A program made the translations under genes and the position numbers. A stretch of DNA of 64,000 nucleotides from Octopus sinensis (taxonomy: Eukaryota). Position 1 is the stretch's first letter. Each line of letters starts with the position of its first letter. Of this stretch, positions 1 to 21,409 are shown piece by piece. The notes beneath the pieces were generated by a model. That model was not told where the DNA came from, ran no database searches, and worked only from the letters and a program-made list of their open reading frames with translations. Location: positions 1 through 64,000 of the forward strand of contig NW_021824848.1 in NCBI RefSeq assembly GCF_006345805.1, read 5' to 3'.

Positions 1-327
1 ACACACACACACTCTACCATTCACACACAGACGCTACCATGCACACACACACACGCTAACATACACAAACACACGCTACCATGCACACACACACACAGAT
101 GCACACATTGTCACACACACACACATACACACATACACACATATATACACATACACACACATACACAGATGGGATGAGTGAGGAAGAAATAAAGAAGGAG
201 GGAGAGAAAGTGCCTTGGCTATTTATTAATCGAACACGGTTGATATAACCGCTTTCATTCTTCCCTTACACATAAAGAGAAATATGTCCACTCGCATTAT
301 CAGGGAGAGAGAGAGAGTACACAAAGA

Positions 328-470
328 ACTCAGCTGAGTACACCTGAGTTTGCTATTTGTCCACCTGGAACCAGACAAGTGGGCGCAGCTGGTTGGACGC
401 TGAGGATCTGGCACAGCAGATTAGATATTGAGCCTGTTTTGGTGACTGTCTTTCTTTAGCGTTGGAGAGA
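328..470. promoter_or_regulatory. Conserved intronic element with five E-boxes (paralog A intron 2)
   Basis: CANNTG at 331, 341, 362, 376 and 386; the element is homologous (inverted) to 41878-42022 in intron 2 of C. Confidence 0.5.
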
Positions 471-471
471 A

Positions 472-523
<52 letters not shown>

Positions 524-753
524 ACAAACTCACCTACGTGCATGCACGCACACACGGTCGCACGCGCACACAAGCTCGGAAATATACATATATAGATAGA
601 AGGAGCGAATTAAACCGAGAGAGCAGGAGAGAAAGAGCCATGACGATATATTAATAGAACACGATTGATATAGGAACTTTCATTTGCCCCATACAGAGAG
701 AGGGGGATAGAACGGGACAGAAAGAGAAACAGAGAAAGTGAGAGACATAGACA

Positions 754-787
<34 letters not shown>

Positions 788-1885
788 AGGACAGAGACGA
801 AGAGAAAGAGATAGACAGAGACAGTCAAAGAGGAAGTGGAATGAATGAATGAAAGAAAACAACGAGAGGAACATTAAAACGAACGATTCATTAAAACATC
901 TGATGTGAAATAACTCAGTTTCGTATCAGCGACACCAAGCAAGCGGCGCCAGAACGGCTGCGCCAAAATAGCTCATCATTATTATTTCAGGCAACAGAAT
1001 AATTTCCAGTTTGTCATAAAGGTTTGAGTTTATGCATCATAGGCTTCTTTAGAGAGACAACAGTAACTGAATATAATTTTTTTTTCGAGTTTTGTTAAAA
1101 TAATTAATTCAAATCTATGTAAGAAAGCCAGCAGGTTGATATCATCTAACCTGGTACTTGACAGGAACTTTACTTCACCGAGCTCGAAATGCTGAAATGC
1201 AAAGACGACCTCAGTGGAATTTGAACTCAGAACATATAGAAACAAAAGAAATGCAGGTTTCGGATTTGGGCACAAGGCCAGCAATTCCGGAAAAGTGGGG
1301 AAGTCGATAACACCGATCCCACTAATCATTGGTACATATTTTATCGATTTTGAAAGGATGAAAAGCACATCGACTTCGACGGAATTTGAACTCAAAGTAA
1401 AGACAGGAGAAATGCCGCTAAGCATTTTGCTGGCGTGCTATCAATTCCGCCAGCATGTCGTTTAGACCCAGAAGAAATATTTCAGGGCTTTTTTTCCCGA
1501 CGCTCTAAGGATTCACCTGATTTCCCACCACTTTTATATCTTGTTATAACAACGAAATGAGAATAATTCCTTGTAATAGGGTTTGGAAAGGCGGAAACGT
1601 TAGTGCATCTTAAGAAATTATTTGTGGTATTTGTTACATTTTTTTACGTTCTCAATCCATATCCCACCGCCATCTACTCTATCATTCGTAACTTCGGTAT
1701 TAACGAAGGTACAAGGACCAGTGAAATACAAGGACCAGTGACGTACAAGGACTAATGGTAATGACAAACCCTCTGTCTACCGAAGCTGCTGCTCTTGTGA
1801 CTTCATTAGAAACCAACTGTTTATATACTACATATTGCTCTCTGTTTTTCATACTAACCTTGTCCTTTTCTCTTATATTTTTCAG

Positions 1886-1972
1886 TGTGTATGGTAATGA
1901 TTGCCGCTTATCCGCACCTACATTATATTATTAAAGCAGGTACCAAACACATAACTACAGGGTTTTTAAACA
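1886..1972 (+). CDS. Paralog A exon 3
   Basis: 87 nt, AG/GT bounded, open in phase 1/1; homologous to 26502-26585 and 40672-40758, including flanking intron. Confidence 0.85.
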
Positions 1973-2411
1973 GTAAGTATCATTCGTTTAAATGACATAA
2001 TTGTTGTTTGCTGAAATAAAAGGTTATACATGTCTGAGCTTGGCATTGTCAAAGCACTTCATTTGCAATAATATTTCAACTATTCCACAATACTGACATT
2101 GAAAAAACAAAACATAATTCACCAGCGACAACTGAACTCAACACCTTATGCGATGTAGTTATTGGCAAGATATTAAGTTCTGCTCATAACAACGTGGTTC
2201 CATTTGATAGTTGGAGCAAGTATCTTCAACGATAGACATGAAATGACAAAATACCTTGCGGTTGGAATTTGATGTATTTGACACACACATATGTGTGCGT
2301 GTGTGTGTGTGTGTGTGTGTTTGTCTGTGTGTGGAGATATATATATAAATAATCTCTAAATTCGAGCCTACTCTAAGCTACTAAGAATGCGTGTGGCAAC
2401 TTGAAGATCCA

Positions 2412-2457
<46 letters not shown>

Positions 2458-3676
2458 AATAAAATAGAACATATGCATATATATAAACATATATGTACGT
2501 ACCTACCTCTACATGTACATATACACGCATATATTGTTACAGGACACCAAAAAGACGTCGAACACATAGAGAGACGAAAAACATAGACAACAAACCAGGA
2601 ACAAGACAAGCAAAAAAAGGAGATACAGGACAATAAGCACACGAAAAATCCCCTTCTTCAGTCGCTAAGGTTTCATCTACTAAACGTTTCGAAGGATAAA
2701 AGCGAGACGTATACTTCGAAGAAAACTTCCTTCCTGCGAAAAGCAAATCAATTAAAATTCTGAGATCTTTTCGCAGAGGGGTAAAAAAGCAAGACGGTAA
2801 CGACAGTACAAACATATAAACAGAAAAAATATATATAAAACAGTGGGAAAATAAATATATAACAGTGAGAGACAGGACAAGGAGAACAAGATAAGAAGGG
2901 CTGTTAACGCCAGACGAAAAAGTATTGCAAACGCTGGATTATAGTGGACGACGAGAGAGAAAAAATGTCGACCAGTAGCCTTAGAAGGCGGGCGAGAAAA
3001 GACAGGATAGCAGTTACGACGAAGTATCGTCGCAGATGGACGAGGAATGGGGAGGAGGAGCAAGAGGAAGAGAGAGAAGAAGGGGAATGGTGCGAGGAGA
3101 CCATGAAGAATGGTGAAAGGAGAGAGAGAGGAAGAGACAAGTTAGTGAGGGAAAAAAGACGAAAAAGGAATGGGAGAGAAAGAAAGAAGATGCAGAGTCG
3201 CGTGAGAGTTAATATCAAGGCTAACTTGATAAACAGAACAATCTTACTTATAGGGTGCGTGCGTTTAGTCGTATAATATGTTAATAAAATAGAACATATG
3301 CATATATATAAACATATATGTACGTACCTACCTCTACATGTACATATACACGCATATATGTGTACAGGACACCAAAAAGACGTCGAACACATAGAGAGAC
3401 AAAAACAGACACAAACCAAGGAACAAGACAAGCAAAAAAAGGAGATACAGGACAATAAGCACAACGAAAATCCCCTTCTTCAGTCGCTAAGGTTTCATCT
3501 ACTAAACGTTTCGAAGGATAAAAGCGAGACGTATACTTCGAAAAAACTTCCTTCCTGCGAAAAGCAAATCAATTAAAATTCTGAGATCTTTTCGCAGAGG
3601 GGTAAAAAAAGCAAGACGGTAACGACAGTACAAACATATAAACAGTAAAAAAAATATATATAACAGTGAAAAATAA

Positions 3677-3740
<64 letters not shown>

Positions 3741-4929
3741 CAGATACCGCCAGTCTATCGCATGTGGTGTGTGGATCTTCAAGTTGCCACACGCATTCTT
3801 AGTAGCTTAGAGTAGGCTCGAATTTAGAGATATTCTCTGTGGTTAATGGCGTGAGTCCTGATTGGAAGAAGAAGAAGAAGAAGAAGAAGAAGAAGAAGAA
3901 GAAGAAGAAGAAGAAGAAGAAGAAGAAGAAGAAGAAGAAGAAAAGAAGAAGAAGAAGAAGAAGAAGAAGAAGAAAAGAAGAAGAAGAAGAAAAGAAGAAG
4001 AAGAAGAAGAAGAAGAAGAAGAAGAAGAAGAAGAAGAAGAAGAAGAAGAAGAAGACAACAGCAATATTACTGCTTCAAAATAAGATAAATATAGAATGTG
4101 CCTTTAAATCTAGGTTCCTGAAACAGTTTGAAGAGAGTACGAAACTAAGTGCCTAGGTAGACTCAGTGGCGTTTTAAAGTCAAATGGATCCAGTAACACA
4201 ATTGAGGGTACAATAATTTTTAAAAAATATAAATGATGAAAAACAAATCACCAATTGTTTTTTGATTACCATAAATATAGTTTTATTTTTTGTCGCTAAG
4301 GTTTGACCTATACGTAAATCCGGCTCTGTACACCCACATGCATACACATACACACACATACGCGATTATATGCACACACATACACAGACATACACACACT
4401 TACACACACATATGCAAACTACATATACATGTGTGTGTGTGTGTGTGCGTGCGTGTGTGTGTGTGTGTGTTGTGTGTGTGTAGGCGCCTTTATGGCGGTG
4501 TGGTCAAGTAGCTTACATTTAAAACAAGTGGTCTCGTCGTTAATCTCACTGTAGACAAATGACTGTTCCAGCAATGAATGGTGAGAGAAAATGGCTGAGG
4601 AAAATGTGTGAAAGCAAACATTTTCGTCAAGCAATTTCAAATCAAGCCACTTAAGCTTACACCTAGTGCTTTGGCTGTTGCACACATGATTCGCTAGATT
4701 GTAGATTCGTTTCCTGGACCCGGCGGTGCTTTATGATCTTGAGCGAAACACTTTAACTGGAGTTCCTTCAGTCCACTCTCCAGTAAACGGGTATTCCCTA
4801 CGACGGAATAACTTTCAGATTCGGGAGAATGCTGGTCTTCTCACCTTGCAGTGGTGTGGCATCATTCCAAATCTAAAACTTGGTGCTAGGCGCAATTTGA
4901 CCAGTAATGTATGACATCCCAATGTCTGA

Positions 4930-4983
<54 letters not shown>

Positions 4984-5395
4984 ACGTGATCACGTGACCG
5001 ACCAGACCATCAGATGTTGTTACATATCGCTGGTCACAATGCGTTCTCATTGTTTTAGCCTTCGAATGACGTATGTATCTATCTATCTATGCATGTAGCA
5101 TGTATGTGTGTGTGCGTGCGCGTTTTTGTATGTGTATTTATACATATGAATATATATCTTCACTTTTATTTACTTTACAGATCATAATAATGAGCGCGAG
5201 GTTGATATCCAGCTTTCGTATGTGAAGGTCGAGTTTACAGTGAAGATCCATTATTACACCAGGAGTGTAGTCTTGATGTGCTTTAAGGCTGATTATCATA
5301 CTCATTTATATAAATTTGATGGTACTATCGGTTGTATGAGAAAATCATTTTATGACGATCGATATGACGAAGCACCTTCCATGTCAATAATGTAA
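1886..5395 (+). CDS. Paralog A (5'-incomplete) of the secreted Cys-rich, DUF4773-like family; exons 1886-1972 and 5181-5395
   Basis: Splice sites tttttcag|1886..1972|gtaagt and tttacag|5181..TAA 5395 are both phase 1. Translation is [100 protein letters not shown]. It is homologous to exons 3-4 of B and C, and the exon lengths (87/215 nt) equal those of C. Exons 1-2 should lie upstream of the window. Confidence 0.85.
2350..3833. mobile_element. Penelope-LTR-like composite repeat with ~63-bp terminal inverted arms and an internal ~390-bp direct repeat
   Basis: 2350-2412 is inverted at 3770-3832; 2456-2850 is near-identical to 3283-3680; (TA)n at the junctions. The family call is inference. 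Confidence 0.55.
3865..4053 (+). repeat. (GAA)n microsatellite
   Basis: About 190 bp, near-perfect; source of the spurious poly-K/E/S ORFs. Confidence 0.97.
5181..5395 (+). CDS. Paralog A exon 4 (terminal coding exon)
   Basis: Acceptor tttacag, CFKADY..IGC motif, TAA stop; the 3' UTR (5396-5650) aligns with those of B and C. Confidence 0.87.
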
Positions 5396-5809
5396 ATATC
5401 AATTGAGTTAAGATGTTGGGGACGCGTGAGTTTCATCATCCACTGTATAAAACAGGCAATAGAGCTGTTCTTTATTTCTTTTTTTAATTGACAAAATAAA
5501 AATTATTAATCTGAAGACAAAACTAGATATAAAGTTTGTTGGTAAGTATATTCAGCTTAAAGTTATTTTCTTGAGCTTAATTGTAAAAGACAAATGTATA
5601 AAATGAAATAAAGAAAATTAAACAGTGAAAAGTTTTCTTGTTTGAAAAGTTCCTCTTTTCGATCCCCAGACTAATGGAAAAAGCAGTATACATAAATACA
5701 TGCATACACACATACCTATACATGTGTATGTGTGAATGTGAGTGTGTGCATCTCTATGCGTACGTATGTGTGTGTACGTGTGTGTATGTATGTATATATA
5801 TATATATAT

Positions 5810-6106
5810 TACGTGATCACGTGACCTATCAGATGTTGCTACACATCGCTGGTCACAATGCGTTTCGCATTGTTTTAGCCTTCAAATGACGCCACCCCGC
5901 TGACTAAGCAAGTAGGCCAACAGAAGAAAAAGTGAGAGAAATTTACGGCGAAAGAATACAGCAGGGATCGCCATCACCCTCTACCGGAGTCTCGTGGAGC
6001 TTTAGGTGTTTTCGCTCAATAAACACGCACAACGCCCGGTCTGGGAATCGAAACCACGATCCTACAACCGCGAGTCCGCTGCCTGAACCATTGGGCCATT
6101 GCGCCT
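5810..6106 (-). mobile_element. tRNA-derived SINE (family 3)
   Basis: Reverse strand has a tRNA-like head (GGCGCAATGGCCCAATGG..GTTTCGATTCCC); related copies at 7110-7422(-), 6850-7075(+), 7779-8115(+), 4485-4900(+). Confidence 0.75.
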
Positions 6107-6137
6107 ACACAATATGCGCCTCCACAATATGCGCCTC

Positions 6138-6168
<31 letters not shown>

Positions 6169-6209
6169 GCATATATATATGCATCCGTATGCATACATCT
6201 ATTGATTTA

Positions 6210-6304
6210 TTTAAGGCTCATTATCATACTCATCTTTATAAATTTGATGGTACAATCGGTTGTATGAGAAAACATTTTATAACGGTCGATATGATGTACC
6301 ACCT
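6210..6304 (+). pseudogene. Duplicated fragment of paralog A exon 4
   Basis: Copy of about 5282-5377 (FKAHYHTHLYKFDGTIGCMRK), followed by a 1-nt deletion; no acceptor. Confidence 0.8.
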
Positions 6305-6355
6305 ATTTCTGACTAATTATCTGTCAATCTACCTATCTATCCATTTATCTGCCAA

Positions 6356-6400
<45 letters not shown>

Positions 6401-6402
<2 letters not shown>

Positions 6403-6845
6403 TAGCGGTATCACCCGGCGTTGCTCGGGTTTGTTTTTCAGTTGCGCTTAAAACGGCAGACTTTGATGTGGCGTCAACCAAGTTTTTGACATAGTTTCAA
6501 TTTTTGGGAAAAGTAAAGATTGTGCATTATGTAGCTTGTTATTCTCTTTAAGTGAACATTATTCTGGTTGAAATACACAGACAAATGGCGACACAGCAGT
6601 CAAAAAATCGTTAAAAAATAAGGATTTGTATAGAAAAAATGCAGCTTTTTGATGTAAATAATTTTTGGTCTTAACATAGTCCGATTTGAATTTGTTTCTT
6701 CTACGGAATGAAGAGCAAGCTTTCTTCTATCATACTCTCAATTTTGGTCAACTTGCGCCGCAGGATCTCGGAGGAGATAGTGTTAGTTGAAGGCTACCAA
6801 ACCTGCTACACACAGAGAGACAATTTCAGCTGTATATGTATAGAT
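6401..6845 (+). mobile_element. Probable non-autonomous Helitron/Helentron-type element
   Basis: Starts ACTAGC..CCCGGCGTTGCTCGGG (short hairpin) and ends ..tatatgtatagat, inserted in a (TA)n tract. Confidence 0.45.
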
Positions 6846-6849
6846 ATAT

Positions 6850-7422
6850 GTGAAGGTGCGTGGCTTAGTGGTTAGGGTGTAAGCATCATGATCGTAAGAC
6901 TGTGGTTTCGATTCCTGGACGGGTGACGCGTGGTGTTCTTGAGCAAAATACTTCATTTCACGTTGCTCCAGTCCACTCAGCTGGCAAAAATGAGTAACGC
7001 TGCGATGGACTGGCGTCCCGTCCAGCTGGAGAACACATGCGCCATAGAAACCGGGAGACCGCTTTAAAAGGGCGCATTTATTACATATATATATATATAT
7101 ATATATTTATGCGCCCTTTTCAAGCCTAGCCAGGCTCATGGGCCCGGTTTCCTGGTTTCTGTGGCGTATGTGTTCCCCCCCACCACCACCACCAGCTGGA
7201 CGGGACGCCAGTCCATCGCAGCGTTACTCAAGAAACAGGAAGAAAGAGTAAGAGAAAGTTGGGGCGAAAGAGTACAACAGGGGTCTCCACCACCCCCTGC
7301 CGGACCCTCATGGAACTTTAGGTGTTTTCGTTCAATAACCACACACAACGGCCGGTCTGGGAATCGGAACCGCGATCCTCCGACCGCGAATCCGCTGCCC
7401 TAACCACTGGGCTATTGCGCCA
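6850..7422. mobile_element. Two family-3 SINEs tail-to-tail around (AT)n
   Basis: Plus copy 6850-7075 and minus copy 7110-7422 share gcgatggactggcgtcccgtccagctgg in inverted orientation. Confidence 0.7.
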
Positions 7423-8146
7423 CCACGTACACACACACACACACACACACACCACACACACACACACACATATATATGTATATAGAGAGAGAGACAGACA
7501 GACGGACAGAGACAGTCAGACAGTCAGAGAGGGAGAGAGGGAGAGGAAGTGAGAAAGATATATATGTATATGTATGTACGCATGCACGTATTTATGTATG
7601 TATGTATGTACGTAAATACTTTATCCAAAAGTACCATGTGGTTGTCTGTCCAGAAATTTCTTGCATGTTTATCCTACATGTACAATCTTGTAATCTCAAT
7701 AAGTGAAAGAAGCATGTGTATTGGTAGAGAAATAATACAAAACTTCCTGTTCACACACACACACATACACACACATACGTGAAGGTGCGTGGTTTAGTGA
7801 TTGAGATATTTGTCTCACGATCGTAAGGTCATAGTTTCAATCCCTGGCGACCCGTTGTGTCCTTGAGCAAGACACTTTGTACACTTCATTTCACGTTGCA
7901 ACCAGTCCACTCAGCTGGCAAAAATGAGGAGTAACTCTATATCTAAAAGGGTCACCCTTGTCACACTCTGTGTCACGCTGAATCTCTTTGAGAACTGCGT
8001 TAAAGGTCACACGTGTCTGTCGAATGCTCAGCCACTTACACGTTAATTTCACGAGCAAGCAGTTCCGTTGATCGCATCAGCTGGGACCCTCGTCGTAATA
8101 ACCGACGGAGTGCTCCTTTACTCACACACACACACATATATATATT

Positions 8147-8225
<79 letters not shown>

Positions 8226-8226
8226 C

Positions 8227-8259
<33 letters not shown>

Positions 8260-8568
8260 TGCTTCTACTCTCTTACACCTGGACTCCTATACTTCGGCTG
8301 CACCTCTCCTACCTATGGATTACACTGGATTCTTCCTTTGATAAGAAATCGCTCGAATACACCACGACGTTTGAACCTTTTGAAATTTTCTAAATTTTTT
8401 GTAATTTCTGCTTTTCACTTCTGCGTTCCTTTCTGTGGAAGAGCGTAGGCTCGAAAGGTAAAAGACTTTCTCACTTCCCGAGCGTTAAACTAATACATCT
8501 GTTGTTGTTTACACACTCGTCTTCCTCTTTTGTTTTTTTTTTTTGGTGGGGGGGTGTAAATTCTCACT

Positions 8569-8599
<31 letters not shown>

Positions 8600-8613
8600 A
8601 TATATATATATAT

Positions 8614-8646
<33 letters not shown>

Positions 8647-8683
8647 CGTAGTTTGGGGTTTGAGTTTGGGTGTCCTGATTTTC

Positions 8684-9300
8684 CTAATTTATTTTCCGTT
8701 TTTTACTTGCTGGTGATTGCTCAATATATCGATTGAAGCTGGTAATATTTACTTTCTTTTCTAATACTTTATTATTACTATTTGAAAGTCGATAGGTATT
8801 TTTGCCACAAACTACTGCAACAGAGTAAGGACCTGTGCGGCGTTCTGTAAAATATCCTCCCTTTCTTTCCAATCTAATCAGGTTTTTGAGCAGAACTTTA
8901 TTTCCAATATGGAATTGGTGTTGCTCCTGTTTTCTATTGTATTGTTCTTTTTGAACTGACTAAACTATTCTTATAGTGGAGCAAACTCGAGAAATCATAC
9001 TCTCCCGAATAGCTGTCATAACATCAATTTTTCTGCATATAGATTGATAATTTCCAAAACTGTCCCGATCTTTGGCAGTTGGGTTGTGATGTAGTTCAAC
9101 TGGAAGTGTTGCTTGCCTGTTGTCAAAAGGGTATGTTATAATGTTATTCCACATCCATTCCAGCAATCCAATAATACTATTCAACATATACAAAATAGCC
9201 ATACCAACAATCCAATATACGTCTCTCACCAGCTGCCCCACTGATATCATCTTGGTTTCGACACGTGGGAAGTACCATTTAAATCGGCGGTGTCAACAGC
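8684..9300 (-). mobile_element. Degenerate Ty3/Gypsy-like integrase C-terminal fragment
   Basis: GPY/F-like RRTGPYSVAVVCGKNTYRL and RQATLPVEL in broken frames. Confidence 0.55.
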
Positions 9301-10064
9301 ACTAAAATAATTGTTGTTTGGGAAAAAAACAAAACAAAGAAACTTTCAATATATAACACAGGCTTCTTCAGTCTCCGCCAACCAAATCCACTCACATGGC
9401 TTTGGTCGGCCCGACCAAAGCCTTGTGAGTGGATTAGAAGAATACACTTCCCCAGGGTGACACTTGCACAAAATGCATCACATAAGAGACGCACGCACAC
9501 GCACAAATATATATACATGCATATATTATATATAAGAATACAAAAAAATGGGACAAGAACGCAATTGGTGACAACAAAACATCCAGACAGTTAGATGATA
9601 CAAAAAGGGACAAGAACATACAAGGACGTGTCATTCGGAGTTTTCTTTCGTCAGTCGAATTCCAGATTATCTTTGCAATTTCGGCTGGTTATACTCGAAA
9701 TTGCTCCAATTTAGCCAATCTAAGGAAAATCTAAGCTAAGAGCATTAGATTCCTTGGAAGAAAGCAGCGAATGTATACGAAAACAAGGACGGGAAAAACG
9801 GGGAAATAGTACACAAATACAAATGTAAATAACAGGACATTGACAACAGGTGTCTTTCGACTAAGGACGAATTGAATTAAGATAGCGTGTGTGGTGAAGC
9901 CTTCCATACACGCCAGCTTAATTTAATTCGTCCTTAGTTGAAAGACACCTGTTGTTAATGTCCTGTTAAACTCCCGTCCTCGTATTTTCTTGTCCCTTTT
10001 TTGTATTCCCTTTTATATACATATGACAACTTACGTACACTTTGGTCTCTTATATGTAAGTACA

Positions 10065-10144
<80 letters not shown>

Positions 10145-10161
10145 ATATATATCTATATATA

Positions 10162-10244
<83 letters not shown>

Positions 10245-10709
10245 TATATAGGAAAGACCACTATGTGGATCCCTTGTATGCTAAAAATAGACGTCAAACC
10301 GTCTAACCACGAAATCTGTGTTCTCAAATTAGCAAGGCGCCAAATGCTTACGAGCTAGACAAATGAAAAGAAATAAACATAGCACTTAATTCCACAACTT
10401 AAGGTTTCAATATGAACAATTCAATAATTATCTGCGTCTCTTCCGTGAAATCAGTGCTGATACAATAATGGAACTGGACACCGCCCGTTTCCACGAGAGG
10501 ATAAGAATGCATAAAGTTCCAATATCATGTATTTTACTTTCGATTCAAACACCATTGTACTAGCGCTCTAAGCCAGAAAATAACTAAAATGAATGATATT
10601 CAGCAGTGAATCAACTGGCTAGAGAATATACAGATATTTGAAATTCAATAATAAGAGTAGAAATTAATATTATTTAATAATATTAATTTGTACACATAAT
10701 ATATATATA

Positions 10710-10912
10710 TTTCTTTACTACCCACAAGGGGCTAAACACAGAGAGGACAAACAAGGACAGACAAACGGATTAAGTCGATTACATCGACCCCAGTGTGTAA
10801 CTGGTACTTAATTTATCGACCCCGAAAGGATGAGAAGCAAAGTGGACCTCGGCGGAATTTGAACCCAGAACGTAAACGGCAGACGAAATACGGCTACGCA
10901 TTTCGCCCGGCC
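10710..10912 (-). mobile_element. tRNA-derived SINE (family 1, Nin/Deu-like core)
   Basis: Core ttcaaattccgccgaggtc..tcatcctttcggggtcgataaattaagtacc; other copies at 16900-17133(-), 29965-30195(+), 32035-32185(-), 36063-36293(-), 41483-41713(-), 46267-46665(+). Confidence 0.85.
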
Positions 10913-11200
10913 GTATTTCATAATATATATACACACACACACAAATGGGACAAGAACGCAATACATCTATACAGTTAGGTGAAACAAAAAATGGGAAAAC
11001 AAAATATCCAGACAGACGATACAAGGAAAGACAAGGACAGATCATTCAGAGTTTTCTATCCTCAGTCTGGCTGGCCCGGCCTTGGCTTGCAGGCTAATGT
11101 TGCTGTCAGCTCGCCGCCTTATGATATGTACTTACTGATAATGAAATATAAAAGCTAATGGTAATCGCGATGGAATTTCAGTCTTTCTATCTGTGATTGC

Positions 11201-11245
<45 letters not shown>

Positions 11246-12324
11246 CGCGTGAGTGTGTGTGTGTGTGTTTGCCTCAATTGCCAGAGATTAAAGTCGCCAA
11301 AACAGGGGAAATGTCCAGTTGGCCGTATCAAACCGTTAGAGTCCAAACCACCTTACCCAGTCGTCATGTGGAATAAATGACGCCTCAGGTCTTCGAGGTC
11401 ACATTCAACCAATTTCTGGAAAAAGACTATTCTCTCTCTACCGCTCAACACATACATATAGACATATATCCGAACGCGCGTGTGTGCGTGTGTGTGTCTA
11501 TGTGTGTGTAAATATGTATGCATGTGTGTATGTAATTTTCCTCTTGTTCGAATTCCACTGAGGTCTCGTTTGTCTTTCAGTCTTTCATTAATTGTTTAGA
11601 GAGTATAAATAATGGGCGGAAGCCGGGTGGAATTTTGTCAGAACGTAGCATTGATTGCTTTCCCGTACTTGTCTGAACGTTCTACAGTCTGAGTTCAAAT
11701 TCCACAAGGACAACCGGACCTTTACGTCTTTGGAGATCGATATAAAAAGTACCAATCCTGAGCAAAGAATTGGTTGAAATGCAAGAAAGCGGCACACGAT
11801 CCATTGCGTTCTTAGTTCAAATATCGATGTGTCCTAGTCGGTCGGTAGACTTAATCCTCCATTTAGTTTAACATACCATCCTCTGTTACTTTGGGTAATT
11901 TCATCAGAGGGCATAATGTTAGAAGCATTCTTGCTAGGTCGTCGCTTTCAAGAAAACTTCGTATGTTTCAGAAAGAGCCCCTTTCAGAATATCAGGGGCG
12001 CTGCTCTCCCTTCTGCGGGGAAAAAATGGAATAAATGAAATATAACATGAAATATAAGAAACATGAATGTAAAACGGAATTCGACAAACAACGGAAAGAG
12101 ATTTCAAGTGGTTTCCTATGAAATTATCGTAAACATCCTGGTTTCAGTTGCTTCTGATAGTCTTCCATGTCAATATTTCATAACTCAAATCACAATATAT
12201 TAACGAATATAAATGCACATATCAAATGCATAATTACATATTTATATTAGCAACGAGATACCATTTTGTTATTAAATTCCCTTGAAGGACTCGAGTCGAA
12301 TTTTGAAGAAAGAAAACCGACGCT

Positions 12325-19661
<7,337 letters not shown>

Positions 19662-21180
19662 AAGTAAATATGATTTGAACTTAGTGACAACAAACTATAT
19701 ATGGCCATTAATATATCTGAATGAAAACAAAGCTAATGTATACATTGATATTACAATGAACGCATAACCCATTCGACTATGATCCATGGTGTTTGTCCAA
19801 TGATTTAACTTACTATACGGATATGTCATGATCTATGGAAAAACTCTACTCTGTATTCCCTTGTCAAGAATTGAAACATCTCTCACTCTGACAATTATTG
19901 TTTTATTCTACTTATTTTCAACATCTCAAAGCCAAAAAGACAGTTGTTAACCGAGAGAAACTTCAAAACTTATGATCCATCTTTTTCTCCCACTTCGCCC
20001 TCGCCCATCGTTCTTTCTTTTCCTCCTTAATTGCCTCCAGCAACTCATTTGTACAACATTATCCGTCGCGCATTACACGAACCTTTATTTCTGTAATTTA
20101 TGAGAACATAAACAAGCGTTGAACAATTACATCATTTCCGACATTGTGTGCTTGCTTGTCGATGTACTTCTTTCAGAGATCCACATATTTGATTATTCAT
20201 AAGTTTTTCGGTTGATCGCACAGGTATCCATGCAGCGTGTCCAGCACGTCCTCGTCGTTATCACATCGACGACATCGTAAAGGATGTTTCTCGTAGAGAA
20301 GCAGTTGTTGAAGCCGAAGGTGGGTTTATTGAATAACATTATAGAAAAGGATTGTTTTTATCCTCGTAGCACTTTTTGACAAAGTTATTATCTGTTATTA
20401 TATATCTGGGTTTTTTTTATATAAACATAAATCTATCCTCAAATACCCTCAGCTGCTTAAATAAATAAATAAAATTTTTAATCAGTCGGATACATTAATA
20501 TAATTTTACTCAAACACTCAAGTAGAGCAAGAAGACAAAAAGAGTCCATGTTGCCACTAATGTAGCTAAGAATATACTACACTTCCAAGAAATGTATGAA
20601 ATTTATTGAAGTCAAAGCTTGTAAAGGATTGTGGTTCATTTTTAATAACAGTCTTATTACCAACTATCAAATCTAAGACTAGATGGCTGTGTCTGTTTAG
20701 AATGGAGGGAAGGAGTGAGTTGACAGCTCATGGCGAGGTATGGTCATAAATATTGTCAGGATTTTAGGATTAGTATAAAGTAACTGTCTATAAAGGATGT
20801 TGGTTATGGAAAGACCCCAAACCAAGATGTTAATTACTAGTTAAAGGGGCAAGGCGCTAATAAAACCTATGATGTTAATACAGAGAAAATTATCATGGGG
20901 TACTATGGGTGATTGTATATAAACAATATTGTTATGTCGTATAAAGATAAAATTTAAGATTATTAAAAATGATATTATAACCAGAATAGATAAAATGTGT
21001 ATATATACCAATTATTAACATTAGAAAGGGAAGATTACATATAATTAGTTTAATATTCATTTATGTACTTAATTATTTACTTATTAGGTGGTTTCTATAA
21101 AGACTGCTCAGGGGATTTACTTATGGAATACTGGGGCGATAAATCATGCTATCTATATATTAATTATAAGCTAATTATAA

Positions 21181-21376
21181 GGCGCAGGAGTGGCTGTGTG
21201 GTAAGTAGCTTGCTTACCAACCACATGGTTCCGGGCTCATCGTGGCATCTTGGGCAAGTGTCTTCTGCTATAGCCTCGGGCCAACCAATGCCTTGTGTGC
21301 GGATTTGGTAGACGGAAACTGAGAGAAGCCTGTCGAATATATGTATGTATATGTATATATATATATATATAGATAT

Positions 21377-21409
<33 letters not shown>

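Noticed and set aside
3839-4156. Poly-K/E/S ORFs
   Set aside because: They come from the (GAA)n microsatellite.
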